Below, one piece after another: positions 57,251 to 64,000 of a stretch of 64,000 nucleotides of DNA; position 1 is the stretch's first letter, and each line of letters begins with the position of its first letter. The position numbers were made by a program, and so were the translations under genes. This DNA is from Longimicrobiales bacterium. GTDB lineage: Bacteria; Gemmatimonadota; Gemmatimonadetes; Longimicrobiales; Gaopeijiaceae. The notes beneath the pieces were generated by a model, which was given only the letters and a program-made list of their open reading frames with translations, had not been told where the DNA came from and did no database searches. Location of the stretch: positions 3,040,001-3,104,000 of the forward strand of contig OZ242008.1 of NCBI GenBank assembly GCA_965204735.1. Reading direction: 5' to 3'.

Positions 57251-57928
57251 CTAGGCGCGTCGCCGCTCCCGCAGTCCCTTCAGCGTCTCCAGCGCCAGCA
57301 GTCCGGCGCCGACCGACAGCATGATCGCCACGGCGTTGGTCCCGACCGCCACCAAGCCCACCACCGACCAGAACGCCACGTGGGTGAAGTTGTACCCGCC
57401 CGGCAACAGGTTGTCGTTGGACTTGGCGTCGGGCACCAGACCCGCCTCGGACGGCCGTGGGGAAGGGGCGCCGTGGCCTGCTTCCTCGGCGTGGTCTGCT
57501 TCCTCCCCGTGGCCGGCCTCTTCGACGTGGGCGACTTCCGGGATTCCCCGCTCCACGGCGGCCTGGGCCGCCACGTTCTCCCAGTTGGCGCCGGCGTGGT
57601 TCTGCACGTCGGGCGCGATCCCTCCCCAAAAGAGCGCCAAGAGGAGCACCGACGCCGCCAGGAACCACTTGGCGATCGGCCGCTCGATCGTGAGGTGCAT
57701 GAAGTGCTTGATCACCAGCCACGCCTTCACCACGGCGATGCCGAAGGCCGTGAGCAGCATGAAGAAGGTGGAGACGCGCAGGCCCAGCACGGGGACCTCG
57801 GCCTCGCCCAGCCGGGGCGCCAGGACGGGTCCCATGATGCTGACCGCCAGGAGCACCAGCAAAGTCAGGTAGACCCTGACGTAGTGGTTCGAGAGCCAGC
57901 CGGCGTTGGGGTCGGAGGGAGCGGCCAT
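57251..57928 (-). CDS. Cytochrome c oxidase subunit IV family protein with His/Glu-rich linker and extra C-terminal helices
   Basis: HYVRVYLTLLVLL, IAVVKAWLV..FMHL..E; EEAGHG repeats. Confidence 0.8.
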   Translation of the reverse strand: MAAPSDPNAGWLSNHYVRVYLTLLVLLAVSIMGPVLAPRLGEAEVPVLGLRVSTFFMLLTAFGIAVVKAWLVIKHFMHLTIERPIAKWFLAASVLLLALFWGGIAPDVQNHAGANWENVAAQAAVERGIPEVAHVEEAGHGEEADHAEEAGHGAPSPRPSEAGLVPDAKSNDNLLPGGYNFTHVAFWSVVGLVAVGTNAVAIMLSVGAGLLALETLKGLRERRRA

Positions 57929-57935
57929 GGTCCGC

Positions 57936-58505
57936 CTATTTCGCGATGTAGAGCAGTGGGAAGAGGAAGATCCAGACGATGTCGACAAAGTGCCAGTAGA
58001 TGCCGATCAGCTCCACCCGGTGGAGTTCGACGTTGCGCTTCGCGTCTCGGGCGACGAAGGCCATGATCACCGCGCCGGCGATCACGTGGAAGGCGTGGAG
58101 TCCGGCTGCGGAGTAGTAGAAAGCCCAGAAGGTGTTCGACGTGATCGTGTAGCCGTGGCTGATCTCGTACCACCACTCGTAGGACTTCACGCCGATGAAG
58201 ATGGCGGCGCCGGCGATCGTGAAGTAGAGGAACTTGGCCGCCGTCCTGCCGTCGCCCCTCTCCGCCGCCTGGTGCGCCAGCACTGCCGTGAGGCTCGACG
58301 AGAGCAGCACGAAGGTGTTGAAGGCCCCGATCGTCGGGTTCGTGTGGACGGCGGCGTCGGCCCACTCCGGGTGCCCCAGCCGGTGCATGACGTACGAAGC
58401 CAGCAGCCCGCCGAAGATCACCACCTCCGACGCCAGCACCCACCAGACGGCCAGCTTGCCCGTGGCGATTCCGGTGGCGGCTCGGGTCGTTGCGATCGGT
58501 CTCAT
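57936..58505 (-). CDS. Cytochrome c oxidase subunit III
   Basis: ASEVVIFGG, NTFVLLSSS, KSYEW, AGLHAFHV, YWHFVDIVWIFLFPLLY. Confidence 0.93.
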   Translation of the reverse strand: MRPIATTRAATGIATGKLAVWWVLASEVVIFGGLLASYVMHRLGHPEWADAAVHTNPTIGAFNTFVLLSSSLTAVLAHQAAERGDGRTAAKFLYFTIAGAAIFIGVKSYEWWYEISHGYTITSNTFWAFYYSAAGLHAFHVIAGAVIMAFVARDAKRNVELHRVELIGIYWHFVDIVWIFLFPLLYIAK

Positions 58506-58563
58506 CTGAGGTCGGTCTCGAGGCGGTCGGCTTGGGGGCTGTCGAGGCTGGGGGAGGGGCGGG

Positions 58564-60288
58564 TCAGTTGGGAACGTTCTGGGGCCAGTAGTCGTCGTCG
58601 CGGTCCGGCACGCTGTACTCGTACGGCCCCCGGTAGACGACGGGCATCTCGTCGGGGCGCCAGTTGCCGTGGGGCGGGGGCGACTCGGTGGTCCACTCCA
58701 GCGAGTTGGCCTTCCACGGGTTGCGCGACGCCTTCTTCCCGGAGCGCCACGACTTCCAGCAGTTGTAGAAGAAGACGAACTGGAAGGCGAGCATGACCAG
58801 CAACGAGACCGTGGCGATCACGCGCATGTTCTGAAAGCCCGGGCCCGCCAGTTCGGCGAAGTGCTCGTAGTTGTAGATGCGCCGGTGCTGGCCGCCCATC
58901 CCGAGCACGAAGAGGGGGATGAAGATGAAGTTGAAGGGGATGACGGTGCCCCAGAAGTGCACCTTGCCCAAGGTCTCGTTCATCATCTTCCCGAACATCT
59001 TGGGGAACCAGTAGGTGAACGCCGCGAACGTGCCGATGATGGCGATGGGGAAGAAGGTGTAGTGGAAGTGGGCCAGGACGAAGTAGGTGTCGTGGAAGTA
59101 GATGTCCGCGCCCGCCGCGCCCAGGAAGATGCCCGTGACGCCGCCGATCAGGAACTCGGCCACGAACGCCAGCGCCCAGAGCATGGGGGTCGTGAGGGTG
59201 ATCGAGCCCCGCCAGAGGGTGGCGATGTAGATGAAGCAAAGCTCGGCGATGGGCACCGAGATGAGGAGGGTCGTGATCGTGAAGAGGTTCGCCATCCGGG
59301 GATCTATTCCGGCGATGAACTGATGGTGCGCCCACACGAAGAAGCTCAGCACGCCCGTGGCGACGACGGTGAAGATCACCGTGCGGTAGGCGAAGAGCTT
59401 CTTCCTGGCGAAGGTGGTCATGATCTCCGCCACCACTCCCATGGCGGGGAGCAGCACCACGTACACCTCCGGGTGGCCGAAGAACCAGAACAGATGCTGC
59501 CAGAGCACCGGATCGCCCCCCATCCCCGGGTTGAAGAACCCCGTCCCCAGCGTCTGGTCGAAGAGCAGCATGATCGCTCCCGCCAGCAGAGGACCCACCG
59601 AGAGCATGAAGAGGATGCTGGCGATGACGATCATCCACACCACCACCGGCACGTCGAAGGCCCGCATCCCCGGCGCCCGCGAGTTCATGAGGGTGGTGAT
59701 GAAGTTGATGCCGCCCAGCAGGAAGGCGACGAACTCCAGTCCCACGCCCACGAGCCACAACGTGCTGCCCAAGGGGGTGAGGTTGTACGTCCCGTCGGCC
59801 GAGAGGGGCGGATAGGCCGTCCACGCGCCCGCGAACCCGCCTCCCTCCACGACCAGCGACGCCAGGATGACGATCGTGCTCACGAAGAAGACCTGGAACG
59901 ACAGGCGGTTGATCTTGGGGAACACCATGTCGTCCGCGCCCACCATGAGCGGGATCAGGTAGTTCCCGAAGGCGGCCAGGAGGACGGGCATGGCCACCCA
60001 GAAGATCATGATCGTGCCGTGGTTGGTGACCAGCGCGTTGTACTCGCCCGGCGAGACCAGCCCGAAGCCCGGGACCTCGAAGCCGGGGAAGGCGAGCTGC
60101 ATCCGGAAGACGTAGGCCATGAAGCCGCCCACCAGCGCCATGAACATGCCCGTGAACATGTACTGCATGGCGATGACCTTGTGGTCCGTGGACCACACGT
60201 ACTTCAGCCAGCCCTCGGGGCCGTGGTGGGCGTCGTGGGCGTCTTCGGGGGAGTGGTCGCGAACCGGTGCGACGGCGGGCTGCGTCAT
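58564..60288 (-). CDS. ctaD: Heme-copper oxidase subunit I (A family, HPEVY type)
   Basis: STDHK, NHGTIMIF, WFFGHPEVY, WAHH, HDTY, AHFHY, HRRIY. Confidence 0.96.
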   Translation of the reverse strand: MTQPAVAPVRDHSPEDAHDAHHGPEGWLKYVWSTDHKVIAMQYMFTGMFMALVGGFMAYVFRMQLAFPGFEVPGFGLVSPGEYNALVTNHGTIMIFWVAMPVLLAAFGNYLIPLMVGADDMVFPKINRLSFQVFFVSTIVILASLVVEGGGFAGAWTAYPPLSADGTYNLTPLGSTLWLVGVGLEFVAFLLGGINFITTLMNSRAPGMRAFDVPVVVWMIVIASILFMLSVGPLLAGAIMLLFDQTLGTGFFNPGMGGDPVLWQHLFWFFGHPEVYVVLLPAMGVVAEIMTTFARKKLFAYRTVIFTVVATGVLSFFVWAHHQFIAGIDPRMANLFTITTLLISVPIAELCFIYIATLWRGSITLTTPMLWALAFVAEFLIGGVTGIFLGAAGADIYFHDTYFVLAHFHYTFFPIAIIGTFAAFTYWFPKMFGKMMNETLGKVHFWGTVIPFNFIFIPLFVLGMGGQHRRIYNYEHFAELAGPGFQNMRVIATVSLLVMLAFQFVFFYNCWKSWRSGKKASRNPWKANSLEWTTESPPPHGNWRPDEMPVVYRGPYEYSVPDRDDDYWPQNVPN

Positions 60289-61046
60289 TGCAGGGGCCCT
60301 CCGGGCTGGGCGGGGGCAAGCGTGCCGGCCGACGGCGTCGCGGCGACTTGGGTCGCGCTCGGCGCGCTTGGGGCGTTGGCCGCCACCCAGGCGGCGTGTT
60401 CTTCGGCGGTCTCCACCATCACGTCGGCCGCCATTACGCCGTGACCGAATCCGCAGATCTCGGCGCACTGGACGTCGAAGACGCCAACTTCGGTGGGCTG
60501 GAACCACCCGGTGATGCTCCTTCCGGGGATGGCGTCCTGCTTGATCCGCCACACGGGCACGGAAAAGCTGTGGAGCACGTCGGTGGCTTCGAGCTTGAAG
60601 TGGTAGGTCTTCCCGACCTCCACGTGAAGCTCGTCCACCTTGAAGATGTCGTCGGGGGTGTCCAGCAGGCCGTCGGGGCCGGGGTGCTGAAAGGTCCAGG
60701 CCCACTGCTGGCCGACGATGCGGAGCTCCGCGTCCGGGTTCTCCGGAAGCTCCAGCTTGATGTGGTGCCAGACGCGGAACGAGACCACGATGATCGCCAC
60801 GTCGCACACCAGCACCAGCAGGTGGGGGATGGTGATCCAGCGCTTGTGGACCTTGTTCTTTCCGTCCACGTAGTCGGCCTTGCGTCCCGGCTTGGCCCGG
60901 TACTTCAGGATGAGCCCCAGGAACACGGCCTCTGCGATGACGAACCAGACGCCGACCAGGATCAGCACGAGAAGGATCAGGCCGTCGATCTGGGCCGCGT
61001 AGGAAGACGCGACGGCCAGCAGGTTGTCGAAGAGGGTGGTTTCCAT
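60285..61046 (-). CDS. ctaC: Cytochrome c oxidase subunit II (CuA)
   Basis: Two TM helices, GQQWAW, DVLHSF, KQDAIPG, CAEICGFGHGVM. Confidence 0.95.
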   Translation of the reverse strand: METTLFDNLLAVASSYAAQIDGLILLVLILVGVWFVIAEAVFLGLILKYRAKPGRKADYVDGKNKVHKRWITIPHLLVLVCDVAIIVVSFRVWHHIKLELPENPDAELRIVGQQWAWTFQHPGPDGLLDTPDDIFKVDELHVEVGKTYHFKLEATDVLHSFSVPVWRIKQDAIPGRSITGWFQPTEVGVFDVQCAEICGFGHGVMAADVMVETAEEHAAWVAANAPSAPSATQVAATPSAGTLAPAQPGGPLQ

Positions 61047-61228
61047 CAGAGGATCACCGCCACGACGGTGCCGACGAACCCCACCGCCAGGAGCACGGTC
61101 CAGATGAGGGTCTTCTTGGCGAACTGGATCGCCTCGTTCTCGGCGTCCGGGGGCGCCGGCGGCACCTTGGCGGCCAGCTCGGCGTGGGTCGGACGGCCTT
61201 CGGTCGGCTGTAGGTTCTCGTCGGTCAC
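61046..61228 (-). CDS. Small single-TM protein in the oxidase operon
   Basis: 60 aa; C-terminal TM (LIWTVLLAVGFVGTVVAVIL); stop overlaps subunit II ATG. Confidence 0.65.
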   Translation of the reverse strand: MTDENLQPTEGRPTHAELAAKVPPAPPDAENEAIQFAKKTLIWTVLLAVGFVGTVVAVIL

Positions 61229-61244
61229 GGCGCTCGTGGCGTTC

Positions 61245-62273
61245 TCAGCGGCTGAGGGCGAAGACGTAGGCGGCGACGGCCCGCACCTGGTCGTCGGTGA
61301 GGGGCATGCCCGCGCGCGGCTGCATCTGGCCGGGGTGCTCGACGGGCTGCGGGACCCCGGTGTTGACCAGCTCCACAATCGACTGATACTCGCCGTCGAC
61401 GTTGAGCCACGCGTCGTCGGTGAGGTCCGGGGCCAAGGGTCCGCCCCCTCCGCCCTGGGTGTGGCAGGTGTAGCAGATTCCGGCGCCGTGGAAGATCGAC
61501 TGGCCTTCCTGGACCATCTCCGTGGTGACGCCGGCGGGCAGGACCGCAGGATCGACGGCCACCGGCGGCAGCGCGGCGGGCTCGGCGCCGGCGATCGCGC
61601 GCTTCGGCGGCAGGCGGCGCATCGACACGACGTAGGCGGTGACGTCCTCGACCTGTTCCTCGGTGAAGGCGGCCACGGAGGGAGTCATGAGGGCGCCCCC
61701 CACGTCGCCCGACTCGCCCCCCCGCACGCCGTCCCGGTACTTGCGGATCGACGAGGCGACGTACCAATCGCTCAGGTGCAGCAGCGACGGCGCGAACTGG
61801 GCTTGGTTTCCCCGCCCGTCCAGGCCGTGGCAGGCCGAGCAGAGGGCGGCGTACTCGTCCTCTCCCGCCTCCGCGTCTCCCTGCACCGCGCCGGTGGGCG
61901 GCGGGTCCGCCATGGGAAGGCTGGTCACGTACGCCGTGATGGCTTCGACGTCTCCCCTGGATTCGGAGAGCGAGCGCGACATGGGGCGCATCCGCAACCC
62001 CTCGACGTCCTGGTGGTGGTACCCCCGCCGGCCCTCTCGGAAGGCTGCCAGCTGCGCCTTGAGGTACCACTCGGAGGCGCCGGCAATGGCGGGGGCGCCC
62101 AGCACCTGATTGCCGGCCCCGTCCTCGCCGTGGCAGGGCGAGCAGGTGTCGAAGAGCTTCTCGCCCCGGGCCAGCTGCGGGTCGGCCTCGCCGCACGCGG
62201 CCAAGAAGATCAAGGCGACGGCATGAAGGGTCGGGGCCTGCGTGGATACGGTAGCTCGAGGCAGCCGCGTCAT
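61245..62273 (-). CDS. Triheme c-type cytochrome lipoprotein (c4-like diheme plus one monoheme domain)
   Basis: Lipobox LAAC; CSPCH, CSACH, CYTCH, each with a candidate distal Met. Confidence 0.92.
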   Translation of the reverse strand: MTRLPRATVSTQAPTLHAVALIFLAACGEADPQLARGEKLFDTCSPCHGEDGAGNQVLGAPAIAGASEWYLKAQLAAFREGRRGYHHQDVEGLRMRPMSRSLSESRGDVEAITAYVTSLPMADPPPTGAVQGDAEAGEDEYAALCSACHGLDGRGNQAQFAPSLLHLSDWYVASSIRKYRDGVRGGESGDVGGALMTPSVAAFTEEQVEDVTAYVVSMRRLPPKRAIAGAEPAALPPVAVDPAVLPAGVTTEMVQEGQSIFHGAGICYTCHTQGGGGGPLAPDLTDDAWLNVDGEYQSIVELVNTGVPQPVEHPGQMQPRAGMPLTDDQVRAVAAYVFALSR

Positions 62274-62375
62274 TCGGTCGCGAAGTGGCTTCGGTGAAAG
62301 GCGCTCCAACGGTGGAGCGAACAACGAATTCTACTCCAACGGGTGCGCCTGGGCAATAGGTCCGGCGGCGCTGGC

Positions 62376-64000
62376 TGTCGTACCAATTTAGAAATGTCCG
62401 GTCTTACCAAGATAGAAATGTCCTCTTTCGGGCGATGTTCGGCGGGAGTCGAACTCGTGCCCGGGAGAGGAGCGAATGGAGTTGAGCTTGAAGGAGCGGG
62501 ACCGGATCTCGGTGTTGAGGCAGGTGAGCGAAGGCGTGCTGGCGGCGGCCGACGGCGCGGCGCGCTTCGGGGTGACGGAGCGTCACTTCCGGCGCGTGCG
62601 CCGCCGGTTCGAGGCGGCGGGCGACGAGGTGGTCGTGCACGGGCTCCGGGGTCGGAGGTCGAACCGGTCGCTGCCGTCGGAGACGCGGGAGCAGGTGCTG
62701 GTCATGGCCAGGGACCCCGACTACGCCGACTTCGGCGCCACGTTTCTGGCGGAGCATGTCGAGCGGGAGCTGGGCGTGCGCGTCAGCGCGGAGACGCTGC
62801 GGGCATGGCGGAAGGGCGCGGGCTTGTGGCAGCGCAAGCGCAAGCGGGCGAAGCACCGGCGCCGACGTCCGCGTCGCGCCGCGCGGGGCGAGCTGCTCCA
62901 GTGGGACAGCTCGGTTCACGCCTGGCTTGAAGACCGGGGGCCGCCCGACCTCGTGCTGATCGCGCTGCACGACGACGCGACGAGCGGGTTCATGCACGGT
63001 CGCTTCGTCGAGCGCGACACGGGCGCCGCGAATCGGCGAGCGATCGTCGAGTGCCTCGAACGCCACGGCCGTCCGAGGGCGGTGTACGTGGACCACGCGG
63101 GCCACTTCGGGCAGCGCCTCGGCCCGGAGGGCAAGCGGACCCGGACGATCATCGGCACGGCGCTGGAGAAGCTGGGCGTCGAGGTGGTCCTGGCGAACTC
63201 GCCGCAGGCGAAGGGCCGGGTCGAGCGGACGTTCGGCACGGCGCAGGACCGGCTGGTCAAAGAGATGCGCTTGGCGCGAGTCACCACGCTCGAGGCGGCG
63301 AACCGCTACTTGGAGGAGCGGTGGGTTCCGTTCTGGAACGAACGCTTCACGGTGGCGCCGGCCGATCCCCTCGACGCCCATCGCCCGCTGCCTCAGGACA
63401 TCGATCTGGAAGCCCTCTTCGCCGAGACGGACACGCGGGTCGTGGCCCGCGACTTCACCGTGCGCTTCGAGAACCGCTTCTGGCAGGTCACGGCCCGCGA
63501 CGCCGAGGCGGCCGGCGTCGCGCCGGGCTCCCCCGTCGTCGTCGAACGGCGCCTCTCGGGCGAGCTGCGCTTCCGGCATCGCGGCTGCTACCTGACGCCC
63601 AAGGCCTTGGGGGCGGTCCGGTCGGCGACGCCCAAGCCGGCGCCGGCGCCCGCGACGGCCAAGCCCAGGCCCAAGCCGCCGAAGCCGGGAAGGGATCACC
63701 CGTGGCGCAAGCACTTCAGCGCCAGCGTGGCCCAGGCCGTGGCCAAGCGGGAACACCGCGCCGCCCACTCCAACGGGACCGGTCCCGAGCGGTGCAGGAC
63801 CTCGTCCTGAGCCTGCAGGCGGGGACGGCAGCTCGCACTCCCCTTCCCGCAAAGGTCGGACGCGACCGCAGTGTCGGCATCCGTGCCTCCGAGGCTTGCC
63901 GGCGCTGCGCAGGTCGCTCGGCGCACCACGACCGTCCGAGCTGGCAGGCTCAGTGCGAACTGCGAGCCATCGGGGCAGCAGTGTCCGGACCCGTCCGCGT
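62376..64000 (+). mobile_element. Second copy of the IS1202-like element (right end beyond window)
   Basis: Identical left end TGTCGTACCAATTTAGAAATGTCC; about a dozen SNPs versus copy 1. Confidence 0.95.
62476..63810 (+). CDS. DDE transposase (copy 2)
   Basis: 444 aa; differs from copy 1 at two residues (I/V, D/E). Confidence 0.95.
   Translation: MELSLKERDRISVLRQVSEGVLAAADGAARFGVTERHFRRVRRRFEAAGDEVVVHGLRGRRSNRSLPSETREQVLVMARDPDYADFGATFLAEHVERELGVRVSAETLRAWRKGAGLWQRKRKRAKHRRRRPRRAARGELLQWDSSVHAWLEDRGPPDLVLIALHDDATSGFMHGRFVERDTGAANRRAIVECLERHGRPRAVYVDHAGHFGQRLGPEGKRTRTIIGTALEKLGVEVVLANSPQAKGRVERTFGTAQDRLVKEMRLARVTTLEAANRYLEERWVPFWNERFTVAPADPLDAHRPLPQDIDLEALFAETDTRVVARDFTVRFENRFWQVTARDAEAAGVAPGSPVVVERRLSGELRFRHRGCYLTPKALGAVRSATPKPAPAPATAKPRPKPPKPGRDHPWRKHFSASVAQAVAKREHRAAHSNGTGPERCRTSS

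Noticed and set aside
62350..62375. Shared target motif upstream of both IS copies (AATAG..GTC.GGCG..CTGGC)
   Set aside because: Needs gaps to align and lies at different distances from the two insertion points; two sites are insufficient

Overview
Very GC-rich bacterial chromosomal DNA. The SusC/SusD pair, many secreted peptidases and hydrolases, a 6-bladed propeller protein and the conserved hypotheticals suggest Gemmatimonadota, possibly a marine or sponge-associated lineage (inference, not tested). About 50 real genes sit under many GC-driven shadow ORFs: peptide-scavenging enzymes, rpe/rpiA/aroF, mmuM, tRNA-Pro(GGG), tRNA-Lys(TTT), PhoD, a class A beta-lactamase-like gene and a cytochrome c oxidase operon. 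Main highlights: (1) two near-identical IS1202-like (ISNCY) elements, the complete copy with a 17-bp target duplication and a ~400-nt hairpin-dense 3' non-coding region showing a compensatory base-pair change between copies; (2) a translationally coupled three-gene GHKL-ATPase operon plus a Fic gene, a candidate defence system; (3) an A-family heme-copper oxidase lacking the canonical K-pathway polar residues and carrying two new intramembrane glutamates; (4) an active/inactive pair of Ig-repeat leishmanolysin-like proteases. All family calls come from motif recognition by eye; no searches were run.
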